Positions 1 through 12,261 of a stretch of DNA of 64,000 nt are shown here, piece by piece. Both the position numbers and the translations under genes were made by a program. The notes beneath the pieces are model-generated. The model ran no database searches and had not been told where the DNA came from. It worked only from the letters and a program-made list of their open reading frames with translations. The first letter of the stretch is position 1; each line of letters opens with the position of its first letter. The DNA is from Eledone cirrhosa (taxonomy: Eukaryota). The stretch is from contig OZ024740.1 in NCBI GenBank assembly GCA_964016885.1, positions 128,836,001-128,900,000 on the forward strand. Reading direction: 5' to 3'.

Positions 1-1164
1 GTGTAATGATTTATTTATAAACCACAGATGGTTTCACACGAAGAAAACATTAAGTACACCACTAATAATAAGTACACCACTAATAATAAGTAAATCTGGG
101 ACTAGAAAAAAAGCTGGTTGGCAGCAAGTGGTACATAAATGTGTTTCTTGCGCAGGATGAATAAACTAAACCTTGTTGATAGTCCTTCTACAGTCGATAT
201 CCCGAACAAAATTATCCCATACCGGTAAAGGGTACACCACAAAAAGAAACATTTAAAAACAAACATCACAATGTCACATACAAAACTACATATCGCATCA
301 GTCCTCACCCAATGCTATTAGCAGAGCATCCCTCAGGGAGGAATTAGCCTAGGGTCGAACCGTCCGCATCTGAAACGGTCTTCAATGTTCACTTGAATGA
401 GAATTATCTCAAGCCAAACACTTCATGTTCTGCAGCACAATAAGGCACACATTTCAACCTATCAAATGCACTCGAGAAGAGTATAAAGAAGTTATATACG
501 CATTGAAAGATTTATTGGGCAAGCCATCATAATTAAAATCAATAGCAAATTATTTTAGGGTATAGAGGGAAAGAAAACCAGAAGTGTGACCAAACATAGA
601 CGAAACCAAACTTACAAAAGTAAAACATGAGTCTAACTGATGTAGATTTGAATGAAATTAATACGAATGCTGAAATGATTTGAGAATACGAATATCAGAA
701 AGGGTTGGAAGTAGATACGTGACAGAATAGAAACCGCAAAACATATTGACTATTTTAATACTAGAAATTTCGCAGAAAATTGAAAGTATCAGAAACAACA
801 CAGCACGGACAAGCTGGAAGCAGATTGACAACATAGATGATTATATTTCTACTCATGACTTTATAAGCCAGACAGAAAAGAAACAAGAAATTCTAAATAA
901 ACCTTAAAAAGGAAAATTAGTATGGGAGAAAGAGAGTCCTTGCAAAAATTGACAAATAAGAAGCAGAACAAAAGACACATAAGAACTGGATATCAGGTTG
1001 CTAAAGGAATAATAGAAGTGATGGAACCTGATATATAAGAATTGCCTCAGTTTTCGATGTGACTATGGGATGTTAGTTTTATTTACCTGTGGCCAGCAGG
1101 AGTCTCACAACTGTTTTAATGTTATTGCTTACTCTTTGTTTGTAGAATTTATTTACTGACATAT

Positions 1165-1315
1165 AGGTTCTGATTTCAAATCCCGCCGAGGCAAATTTGC
1201 TTTTAATCATTCTGGGGTCAATAAATTAAATTACCACTCAAGTACTGGTGTCGATTCATTCGACTTTCCACTTTACTTCAAATTGCTGGCCTTGTGCCAA
1301 AAGCAGAAACAATTA
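1165..1315 (+). mobile_element. SINE family 1 (tRNA-derived, Deu/Nin-like core), 5'-truncated copy
   Basis: TTCAAATCCCGCCGAGG...TTGCTTTTAATC...GGGGTCAATAAA...GGCCTTGTGCCAAAAGCAGAAACAATTA matches the complete copy at 23309-23496. Confidence 0.8.
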
Positions 1316-2122
1316 TTATATATATAATTCATCATCATCGTCATCATCATCATCATCATGGCATCATTCTCGTCAGCATCATCATCGTTGACGCTGTTGG
1401 TTTTCGATGTCTGTCATTTTTGCTTGCTTTGAGGTTATTGTTGTCCTTATTGTGGTTTGTTCTTGTTGCTTTCATTCAGATTCAGACAATAGAAATGTGG
1501 CTAATTATTAAAGATCTCGAGTTAACCATAGTTTCGCTTTTTAGCAGAAAATGTTATCTTTTAAGTAGAAAGTATCAGATGTTATTAAAACAGAACAAAG
1601 TAGTAAAGGAGTACTAATAACAAAACAGTACTAGAATATACAACAAAACCATACAAAAAACAAACAAAACAGATTTACGCTTTCAGACAAATAGCATCGT
1701 TATTAATGTCCCCCGTTCTTATTATTTCATTGGAATTATTATTTGGAACATTGATTTAGATATTTTTTAATTATATTTTAAAGCTTTTATTGTTTCTTTT
1801 CCGTATTTGTTTTTCAATTTCTAATGAAATATTATGAAAATCTGTTTTGCTTTGCTTTATTAGTTTATATGTTTATTAACTTCTGACAATATATGTTTGG
1901 GCCTGTATGGGTGTGTTTGCATTCGTGTAGTAGTAGACATCACATTTTTCAGAATGCGTACAAGAATGCGAACTGCATGTATAAACATACCGGTTACCTA
2001 ATTAGAATAACTAACACATACAGACAATTAAACGTACATACACGCAAACTGATGCACACACGTGTATATCATATATATATAAAATATTAAATAAACCCTT
2101 CGTTTATATATATATATATATA

Positions 2123-4600
2123 TTAATTAAAATAACAGATTAAAGTTTAAGCAAAGAATCGCTGCTTTCAACCTTAACGGGATATTCTGAAACTAAAAAA
2201 GTCAATCTGTGAACGCAGAAGTAAATATTTCAAAAAACGTTGCAACCGAAGGAAGACAGGAAGACGATACTTTGGTTCGTGGAAACGTTCCTTGGCAAAG
2301 AACGGAACAGAAACGAAGATAATACGTCATTATTTGTTGCGGTGAAAACAATTACACACACAAAGACAAAACCACGTTTATGGTATAAATGAAGTCGTAG
2401 ACTAATATTCTTTTAGGTGGTTCATGGAGACGTTCTCTGGCAATGAACGAAAAAAACGAATATAATACGTCATTATGTGGGGTGAGAGAATAATTACACG
2501 CAAATACAAAACCACGTAAATGGTATAACCGAAGTCGTAGACAAAAATTCCATTTAGGAAGCTGAATGATTCTCGACTTCAAAGTTAATAATAATGTAAA
2601 TACAAACACGGATAATTAAAATTAAACATATACATACCCGCATCCATATACGTACATACACAAGCATACGCGAAATCATTCGCCATAGTTATGCAAATAC
2701 AAGTTCGTACACAAACATACAACAAAACGCACGCACACACATAACCCATGCGACGCCTGTACCCGCACACATACGAACGTATACACCAAATACACATAAA
2801 AATATATATTAAAAAAAATATATATATATGTGTGTGTGTGCGTGTATACATAATTAAATAAACGTATATAAATATACACACATAAAGACGTATATAACGC
2901 GCGCACACACATACCTACATGTAAATACACATATATTCACGGAATCGTCAACCGAAACACAACGTACATATATACACACACCCTACATGCGTACGAACAC
3001 TCATACTCACACATACGCAAAAATCACGTATACACATAACCAAATGCACATGTACCAGTATATATAATATATACGCCATATGATATACAAGCAAATATAC
3101 GTACGAGAAAGTATACGTACCTTCACAAAACATACAGGTAATATATACTTACCTATACAAATAAGTAATGGTATAAACATAACATATACTTCGCTACCAC
3201 ATCAAGACGTAAACTATCCGCGTATAGTTCGTACTCTCCGTTAGGGTATAATGTGGGGCTGTAATACAGGAAAGTTTTGTGCAATTTATATTTACAAGCC
3301 GAAATTGCCTCAGATTCTTTGTTTAAGATGTGGTCTTTGGCGTAGAGTATTTCCAGGGCCTCAGCGGCGCATAGGTCACATGATATTTTATTTCCCTTAT
3401 ACGATTTAGCCCTAGCTAGGATCTCCCAGTGTAACTTATATTGGGTGTGGTTGTCTTTTAAACTCTAGATATAAGCTGAAAATGACGTCATATTCCTTCT
3501 TAAAGGGTTAAGAAAAGAATGGGTATGCCTGTAAAGACGCTGCTTGAATCTATTGGCGGTTCACCCTATGTAGGCCCTACGGGTCGGGGTGTTTCAACCT
3601 TACATTTGTACACAATGTTACTAGAGAGGCATTTCCCGGATAGTGGGCAGTCAACCCGATTCCTACAATTACAGTTAGTACTAACTACAGGGTTGCACGT
3701 GTTCCTACGGCTAGGTAATTTAGCTAAATTTGAAGCTACGATGTTATGTGCAAGGTTAGGAGTCGTAGAGTAAACATTTTTAATGGTATTTCTATTAAAA
3801 AGTTTACTATATTTATGTGCTGGGGGAAAATCCTTCATAAAAACGCATAGAAGGATCTTATCTAATGGTGTGGCCACCTCCATATTATATTGTGGGTTAT
3901 ACTATATAATGCGCCAGGATCTATTTTTCCTAGGGTTATTCTCGTACTCTGTATATGCTAACTTATCGACAAATCCTGTCCGAGCAAGAGCTTCACTGTA
4001 ATATGTGGAAGGGTCCTTGAAAGTATGCTCGTTTGTAGATAGACGGGAACGCCTTAAAGAAACGTTTCTTACCAGGTTCTTGGTTATGCTGGCAGGGTGG
4101 TTAGAATGCTTACTTATGTAATTAAGCGAATCATTCGGCCTCCTATACGGGTAGTGCAAGCCATTCGACAAATTGAGGGTAACGTCGAGGTACTTAACGA
4201 CCAAGAGGTTGGCCTAAATCTGTATGGAGAGGTTGAAGCCTTTAAAGAAGGCTGTGAATTCTTTTCGGAACTTGTGGCAAGCACGTGGGCCGCACTTTGT
4301 CATGGTCAAAAGACCGTCTTCACGGTACAAACCACCGCCCACGTTGGGGAATTCTTCCTTGATAGAGAAAAAAAGGAAAAGCCGATCAGATCAGTAACCT
4401 CCGCAGAATCGCTGGCGCCCATACTCACGCCGAATGGGGTACTATTAGATGTTTTAATCCAAATAGAGTCGTAGAAATTAATCGCTGACTTACGGGCATT
4501 GGGGGTGACATCAAGTTCGAAATCCTTAACCACTGTGAGTGTTTTAGCGAAATTGATAGCTCTAAGAAGAAGTGGTAATGTCATGGAGGAAACGTTCATA
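2123..4600 (-). mobile_element. Penelope-like retroelement, Naiad-type, 5'-truncated and frameshifted: RT fragment, GIY-YIG endonuclease and ~1.1-kb 3' UTR
   Basis: Minus-strand peptides FGVSMGASDSAEVTDLIG, GGLYREDGL (~4311-4340; YRDDG-type catalytic motif), VKYLDVTLNL...YISKHSNHP and CNCRNRVDCPLSGKCLSSNIVYKCKV. The UTR holds two ~140-bp direct repeats (~2280-2570) and ends at a (TA)n tract. Confidence 0.9.
2144..2194 (-). ncRNA. Hammerhead ribozyme motif, family A (Naiad-type 3' UTR); core mutated in this copy
   Basis: Reverse complement AGTTT CAGAATA TCCC GTTAA GGTT GAAA GCA GCGATTCTT TGC TT AAACT. Confidence 0.6.
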
Positions 4601-4699
4601 GGTTCGGAGAGCCCTTTCGTTCAATCAAGAGGTCAATGAGACCATGGAAATAGGTCTACATAGCTCGACTTAGAAATAAGTCCTCCTTCTCCATGCGTT

Positions 4700-5550
4700 A
4701 CAAGCAGTAACGAAATGTCGCAGCAGAGACATTAAAAACATCGAAAGATGTGTTATGGAGGATGGTGATGTTAATCTAGAAGCCAACTTCGGATCTATAA
4801 ATAAAGTACGTAGCAAGAAGTCTTCTCTCACATATTCTACCGAGAACGCGCCAACAGTAAATCATGTGTCAGAGAGATGCATCCTCGTGATGTGGAGAGA
4901 CTAATTTGCTGATCACTGAAACCCGATCGACTTAGCATATTTTGATGTACACGAGGTGCATCAGACAGAAAGGAATAATCTCTCGGATCCTGAGGTCACA
5001 GTTGTAATTAAAGAGATTTAATGTGGCAAAGCCACTAGAGAAAAAGAACTTCGACTCGAAATTTTAAAAGACGTAAAAACAGAAGATATTCACATGCTGA
5101 CTCGTGTGTACTGGGTGACCTACATTTCTGGAAAAGCACCTAAGCAATGGCAATCATAAGTGAATCTCGATATTAAAAAAAGAGACAAGATAGATTGCTC
5201 GTTTTACAGAGGGTACACCTTTTTAAGCTTTCTCGATAAAATCTATGCCAAGTTTTTGGCAAACAGATGTCGGGAGATTGTCACGTACAAGCTAGCCGAG
5301 TAAAATGTGGTTTTCGCCCTGGAAGAGGCTAGCTGAACAAATATTCTTATTGTGGCAGGTTTTGAAAAATCATAGGAGATGTATTCCTGCTTTAGCATTC
5401 GAAAAGGTATATGACCGCATTCCATGGGACCTGCTGAGGACGGTTTTACAGAAGTATTGGATCGATGGTTAGCTTCTTTTTGCCCTAATATCTCGGTACG
5501 AATGTCCAATGATTTGTGTTCGGATAAATGGTGCTAAATCAAAACCATCT
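4700..5550 (+). mobile_element. Decayed RTE-clade LINE, reverse-transcriptase fragment
   Basis: Interrupted + strand translation GKAPKQWQS...KKRDKIDCSFYRGYTFLSFLDKIYAKFLANRCREIV...CGFRPG, typical of N-terminal non-LTR RT motifs; stops and frameshifts present. Confidence 0.75.
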
Positions 5551-5593
5551 AATATGTGTGTACACACGCACGCACACGCACACACACCAACAC

Positions 5594-5641
<48 letters not shown>

Positions 5642-7680
5642 TGTGTGTGTGTGTGTGTGTGTGTGCGTGCGTGTGTGTGTATGTATGTGTGTGTGTGAGT
5701 TTGTGTGCGTTTGTGTGTGTGTAAGTGATTCCCTATCTGAGGTTCTACAATGAGTGTTTCTGATGATCTAAGAACGGAACAACAAATATCCTGATATTCT
5801 ACAGAGGAGTGTTCCCTTAATTCTCTTCCGAGAGAGATTCGCTGCAATACAACTCGACAATGCTGACCATTTGAATTAAAAATAAATTGTAAATAAATTG
5901 CTGATTTTAAATAGTTTCCTTTAACACAATTTTTCTCATATATCTTGAGGCAGCCATATAATAAAATCATATCTGCATGTGGAAAATGTTGCATACATAA
6001 TTAACATTATACACACTTTATAATGCATATTTAAAGTGAATATGATGGTGTAAGAAAATATACCATACTAATGCCGCTTCAGTAGTTCATATTATGCTCA
6101 ATTGATTTTTGGCTAACATATTCTGTTAAATATCTCCAATTGTCAATCATTCAGTTCATTATGAATACAACATTCAATGAAATACATATGTTGATATCTT
6201 ATTACATTGTAACCACGAAATATCATTACTTCAATGCCCCCTCATAGGTTACGGCATTAATGCTCCAAATTATTCTAAAGTCAAATTGCATTCCAAGGCA
6301 AGGAAGTACGATGTTAGCTCCCCAAACATCCGACGAATCAAGGTATGTTGAATCGAATGGAATACATGTTTACCGGTCCAAGTGTTAACGCATGGAATAA
6401 CATCAATGCCACAGCTTTAACTGAATTCCATAGCCAAAAACAAACAGCGATATTGTATTCACAAAATAAGATGAATAGATATAGTTGACTACTCTAAGAA
6501 GCAACATTATTTTACTTTTAATGTGCATTATTACTTTGGAAGTTCAAAATCTGTTTTAGACGTAGGTTCTCTTATATTTGTTCATACTGTGAGCACATTC
6601 CATCATGCCAAAGTTGACTCGATATTTATAAATTTCATTATGCAACATCTAAATCCTGTAAAACAAGGTGCAATTATATTACACTCAGATGATATAATAT
6701 ATAACTAAATCCAATTATCACATGGCAAAGGCATATCCTGCTCTGCAATCATGTTCACATACTCTATCCGATTATGACCTACTACGATAAATCATAAACA
6801 TCATTACGTCTTTACTGAATTTTAAAACTAGAAAATCAATTCACGAGGAAACCGCAATGCCTGATAATATGGTTTCAGTAAATTATATTAAGATAAAACA
6901 ATACTCCTATTGTAAGTAGTAACATATATAACATACTACAGAAATTTAGCGAATGTATGAGTAACAATAGGATTATTTGACGCTAGTCATTATTCTTACG
7001 ACACTACTCAGTTATCAATGCAGATCATACATATAAAGTTTATCAATGATTAGTCACTGACAAATGTTGATTTCATATCATAAAAATGGATACACGTAAT
7101 GGTAGTAGAGCACATCGCTCCATGGAGACCATGGACAAATTGACTTCAGTATCAACTGAATGGCAATTCACATCCGGAGATTGGTTCTACATATTAATAT
7201 TTTCATTTTCGATGCATGTATGTATAATTGCTTATCCAATATGCAAGTGAAACATATCTAGTCCAATTACTTAACATTTCCTATCAATGATTCAGTATTA
7301 CCGTTGGTTATTTTACAAGGAGGTTGATAAGCAACTTATCGAAATCATGATTTTCGCTTAGTTAAGAAATACCAACTGAAAGAAATAACTACAATGCGAA
7401 TGAAATTTGGTTGAACATTTATTTTGTCACAACAATAGCATTCACTGTTAACTATGCACGTTAATACTGTTAACTATGCACAAAGAGCCAAATACACACA
7501 ATCAACTCCATATAATTGTGTTCCTGTCTGTGTGTTATGAGCATGTGTATTATGAGCATGTGTATGTAAGAATATATAGCTATACGTGCTTGCAAGCGCA
7601 CACATATATCAAACACAAACAACCACTCACATGCACACGCACACATACACCCACACAAATACCTATATACATTCATATAT

Positions 7681-7870
7681 ATAACGAAGGAGTTGTGGTA
7701 AGGAACCAGATGGACCATAACGCACCAGACAACTCAATACTTAGGGTTGTAGAGTGTGTAATAGGAAAATGTATGACCCCGACGGCAGAGCTAAAGCCGT
7801 TTCGACGGCTATTTCTTCAGAAATAGCCGTCGAAACGGCTTGAGATCTGTCGTCGGGGTCATACATTTTG

Positions 7871-7874
<4 letters not shown>
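7681..7874 (-). mobile_element. Short TA-embedded repeat, family B (3' half of a hammerhead), with ~55-bp-arm palindrome at 7761-7874
   Basis: Near-identical sequence at 20523, 50531, 55072 and 58787; contains AATAGCCGTC GAAA CGGC...GCCG TC GGGG. Confidence 0.8.
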
Positions 7875-7941
<67 letters not shown>

Positions 7942-7947
7942 TATATA

Positions 7948-8601
7948 CAGGGTGCGGATGATATTTGTTCGCAATTTTCAACTTCTAATATTATGCAAAA
8001 TGTTTTACTTCCGTTGTCACTCTTGTCTTCATAAAAACAGTGACTATATTTCCATTATTTATTTTGAGGGCATCAAGCTGAACACTGATGGCTACATCCG
8101 CGTTCTGAGCGAGGTAGTAAATCTCTGGATCGACCAGGTAGGATAGCTGCAGGTAGGCCGTACGTGTGGCACCAAGAGCAGCGCCCTGCCATAACAGCCG
8201 AAAGACCCAAGCCTGGCTGTCAGAGAAATTCGTAGAACACACTTCACCTGACATCTGGGCTCCCAGCTCGCCTGACTGCAACCCCCTGGAATTCTCTGTG
8301 TGGGGCGCAGTGGAACGAGACACCAACAGATGTAGTTGCAATACGAAAGACGATCTGAAGGCCAGGATCACAAGTGCCTTTAGGAGCCTAAGTCGGGGGA
8401 CAGTGACGAAGGCCTGTAGCCGGTTCCGAGGCCGCCTTGAGGCCGTCGTCAAAGCCAATAGCGGGTTTATCAAGTGGGATAGAAAGAACAAGACATGAAG
8501 AAAAACTGACCCATGTTTGATAAATACATCTTAAAAAATAAAACTACTGTGTTAAACTTTCCCAGACAGTAATCTTGCGAACAAATATCGTCCGCAGCCT
8601 G
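7948..8601 (+). mobile_element. Internally deleted Tc1/mariner transposon (maT/DD37D-like)
   Basis: 27-bp TIRs CAGGGTGCGGATGATATTTGTTCGCAA / TTGCGAACAAATATCGTCCGCAGCCTG, TA on both flanks, and transposase C-terminus APCHNSRKTQAWL...WAPSSPDCNPLEFSVWG (ORF 8166-8498). Confidence 0.92.
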
Positions 8602-8741
8602 TATTTATATATATATATATATATATATATAGTAATAATAATAAATTTGAAGACTAAAATCCAAAGAGGGCTCGATAAGGATAAATATATATCAGATATA
8701 TAAGAACCGTAGAGCAAATATTTATTAAAATAACAGATTAA

Positions 8742-8792
8742 ATGTTAAGCAAAGAATCGCTGCTTTCACCCTTAACGGGATCTTCTGAAACT
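8742..8792 (-). ncRNA. Hammerhead ribozyme motif, family A (CAGAAGA core)
   Basis: Reverse complement AGTTT CAGAAGA TCCC GTTAA GGGT GAAA GCA GCGATTCTT TGC TT AACAT; stems II and III intact. Confidence 0.7.
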
Positions 8793-9732
8793 AAAAAAGT
8801 CAAGCTGAGAACGCAGAAGTAAATATTAAAAAAACGCTGCAACCGAAGGAAGACAGGAAGACGATACTTTGGTTCGTGGAAACGTTCCCTGGCAAAGAAC
8901 GCAAAAAAACGAAGATAATACGTCATTATTTAGTACGGTGAAAACAATTACACGCAAAGACAAAACCACGTTTATGGTATGAATGAAGTCGTAGACTAAT
9001 ATTCTATTAGGTGGTTCATGGAGACGTTCTCTGGCAATGAACGGAAAAGACGAAGAAAATGCATCATTATGTGGTGCAAAGAGGACTATTACACGTAAAG
9101 ACAAAAGCACGTAAATGGTATAACTGAAGTCGTAGACTAAAATTCTATTCAGGAAACCGAATGATTCTCGGCTTCAGAGTTAAGAATAAAGTAAATAATA
9201 TACAGCGGTAATTGAAATTTATACATACACGCATCCATATACATACAATCACAAGCATACGCGAAAACACTAGCCATGGGTATGCAAATACAAGCACGTA
9301 CAAAAAAAACCAAAAACATGTGTGTGTGTGTGTGCGTGCATACACAACGAAATAAACGTATATAAATATACACACATAAATACGTATATAGCGCATGTAC
9401 AAACACACACCTACATGTAAATACAAATATCTTAGCGGACGCACGTCAACCAAAACACAAAGTACACATATACACACATCCTACATACGTACGAACCAGC
9501 ATACTCACACGGGCGCAAAACTCACTTATACACATAACCAAATGCACATGTACCAGCATATATAATATATACGCCAATAACATTTACAAGCAAATATACG
9601 TACGAGAAAGTATACGTACCTTCACAAAACATACAGGCAATATATACTTACCTATACGAATAAGTAATGGTATTAACATAACATATACTTAGCTACCACA
9701 TCAAGACGTACATTATCCGCGTATAGTTCGTA

Positions 9733-10365
9733 CTATCCGCTAGGGTATAATGTGGGGCTGTAATACTGCAATTTATGATTACAAGCCGAAATTGTCTCAG
9801 ATTTTTGGTTTAAGAAGTGGTCTTTGGTGTAGAGTATTTTCAGAGCCTCAGCGGCGCAGATGTCACATGATATTTTATTTACGTTATACGATCTAGCCCT
9901 AGCTAGGATCTCCCAGTGTAAATTATATTGGGTGTGGTTGTCTTTTAGACTCAAGATATAAGCTGAAAGTGACGTCATATTCCTTCTTAAAGGGTTAAGA
10001 AAAGAATGGGTATGCATGTAAAGACGCAGCTTGAATCTATTCGCGGTTAACCCTATGTAGGCACTACGGGACGTTGGTGTTTCAACCTTACATTTGTAGA
10101 CAATGTTACTAGAGAGGCATTTCCCGGATAGAAGGCAGTCAACCCGATTCCTACAATTACAGTTAGTACTAACTACAGGGTTGCACGTGTTCCTACGGCT
10201 AGTTAATTTAGCTAAATTTGAAGCAGTGATGTTATATGCAAGGTTAGGAGTCGTACAGTGAGACATTTTAATGGTATTTCTATTAAAAAGGTTACTATAT
10301 TTATATGCTCTGGTGAAATGCTTCATAATAAGGGAGAGAAATATCTTAGCTAATGGTGTGGCCAC
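9733..10365 (-). pseudogene. GIY-YIG endonuclease domain of the Penelope-like element (open 210-aa frame, no RT upstream)
   Basis: CNCRNRVDCLLSGKCLSSNIVYKCKV...AYIGLTANRFKLRLYMHTHSF...WEILARARSY...CDICAAEALKI...LNQKSETISACNH. Confidence 0.88.
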
Positions 10366-10549
10366 CTCTCTATCGGTATGTTTTTGTTCTGTTTATTTTC
10401 ATTTACAGTCGTTCTTTCGCTATCGTCTATGGTTTTTTTTCTTCCTTCATAACTATTCCTCTTTGTTATAACGCACTGTGGTCAGGTGTACAGTCTTCAA
10501 TGCGTTGAAACATCAGCGACCCACAACAGACAATGTCTTATGTTTCCCG

Positions 10550-10628
<79 letters not shown>

Positions 10629-10630
10629 AG

Positions 10631-10883
10631 TCATCCCAAAAGTGACACAGAGGAGACTGAGGTTAGCTGGGCATGCTCAACGACATCCATAGTTGACATT
10701 GCACTCAGTGCTCCTGTGGGAGTCCCAACATGGACACACTGGAAGAGGAAGACCAAGGTTAACGCATGTTGATGCCCTAAGGACAGACACTGGTCTGTTG
10801 GAAACGCTGGACATGGCAGCGATAATGGGACAGAGACCGCTGGAAAGACCTCGTCCATGGATCTCGGGAATTTTACCCGCCCT

Positions 10884-10885
<2 letters not shown>
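10631..10885 (+). mobile_element. 3' end of an RTE-clade LINE
   Basis: [54 protein letters not shown], the RTE C-terminal signature; bounded by (TA)n on both sides. Confidence 0.8.
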
Positions 10886-10920
<35 letters not shown>

Positions 10921-10924
<4 letters not shown>

Positions 10925-11068
10925 CATTACAAAAGCTGACGTCCGACGAGCTTTTGATTCCAGAGTTGGGCCAGATCGATACAGATAAAGCCTTGAGCTG
11001 ATCAATAGCAAAACGCGTGTTAGCAAACAATAAACGTAATGAAGGCTTAACAAATCGTCCTTGCATTA
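10921..11068 (+). mobile_element. Short TA-embedded repeat, family C, with decayed hammerhead and AATAAA
   Basis: CCGACGA GCTTTTGAT...ATCAATAGC AAAAC GCGT GTT; homologous to 21525-21645, which keeps GAAACGCGCGTC. Confidence 0.65.
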
Positions 11069-11129
11069 TATACATACATACACACACATTTACACACACA
11101 TACATACATATATATATACATATATATAC

Positions 11130-11168
<39 letters not shown>

Positions 11169-11169
11169 C

Positions 11170-11272
<103 letters not shown>

Positions 11273-11291
11273 TATATATATTTATATCTTT

Positions 11292-11850
11292 ATTTATTAA
11301 AATAACAGATTATAGTTTAAGCAAATAATCGGTGCTTTCACTCTTAACAGGATCTTCTGAAAGTAAAAAAAATCAATCTGTGAACGCAGAAGTAAATATT
11401 TCAAAAAACGATGCAACCGAAAGAAGACAGGTAGACGATACTTCGGTTCGTGGAAACGTTCTCTGACAAAGATAATACGTCATAATTTGGCGCGGTGAAA
11501 ACAATTTCAAGCAAAGTCAAAACCACATTTATGGTATAAATGAAGTCGTAGACTAATACTCTTCTCTGCTAATGAACGAGAAAAAAACGAAGATAATACG
11601 TCATTATGTGGAGCGTCGATAACAATTACACGCAAAGACAAAACCACATAAATGGTATAACTGAAGTCGTATACTAAAATTCTATTAGGAAACCGAATGA
11701 TTCCCGGCTTCAGAGTTAAGAATAAAGTAAATAAATTACAGAGGTAATTGAAATTAAATATATACATGCACGCAACCATATACGTACATACACAGGTATA
11801 CGCGAAAACACCCGCAATGGGTATGCCAATACAAGCACGTACACGAAAAA
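11292..11850 (-). mobile_element. Naiad-type Penelope-like 3' UTR fragment (family A hammerhead at 11314-11364)
   Basis: Direct similarity to 2123-2710 and 8720-9305. Confidence 0.85.
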
Positions 11851-11894
11851 ACAAGTTTTGATTATGTCGATCGATTGGTTATTGATTAGGCGAT

Positions 11895-12006
11895 ACCCGC
11901 TGATGAAGCCGCATAAGCCGATTGTGCATGTTTGCATAATATATGTAGACAGATGGTGTAGTGCACCTTACTGCTGCATTAGTGCGGCAGAAACTCGAGT
12001 CTTGGA
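11895..12006 (+). ncRNA. Hammerhead ribozyme motif, family D
   Basis: CTGATGA (11900-11906) A GCCGCA...TGCGGC A GAAA C TCGA G TC (12001); palindromic minimal stem III; stem I weak. Confidence 0.65.
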
Positions 12007-12150
12007 ACCTTATAGTCACCCGTTTTACTTGTGTTGTGTTGAGGCAAATAACTATGTGTATACTCTGGTAACATATCTTACATTGCCCATTTAGTGCGCT
12101 GAGATACAACCGGTACTGGCATTGATAAATATGCTGGGTCCGTCAACCCC

Positions 12151-12185
<35 letters not shown>

Positions 12186-12188
<3 letters not shown>

Positions 12189-12261
12189 GTGTCCTCCGCT
12201 GTTCAACCCCTATAATATATATATATATATATAATAGGGGTTGAACAGCGGAGGACACGTT
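12186..12261. repeat. Palindrome AAACGTGTCCTCCGCTGTTCAACCCCTAT-(TA)n-ATAGGGGTTGAACAGCGGAGGACACGTTT; terminus of a repeat extending to ~12525
   Basis: Perfect 29-bp inverted arms around a TA tract; the same CAACCCCTATTA terminus ends the family D element at ~12155. Confidence 0.8.

Larger units (their letters stand above)
8635..10368 (-). mobile_element. Naiad-type Penelope-like element, second copy (endonuclease domain + complete 3' UTR)
   Basis: Colinear with 2123-3880 and has an extra ~85-bp terminal segment (8635-8720) shared with 53505-53590. Confidence 0.9.

Noticed and set aside
2280-2570. Direct repeats in the Naiad UTR as SECIS elements or a CRISPR-like array
   Set aside because: No AUGA-AA-GA SECIS geometry found, no in-frame TGA at Cys positions in 9733-10365, and no repeat-spacer pattern
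7814-7820. CTGAAGA on the minus strand at the centre of the family B palindrome as a complete ribozyme core
   Set aside because: It has no stem II or stem I partner in register and is not conserved in the 50531 copy
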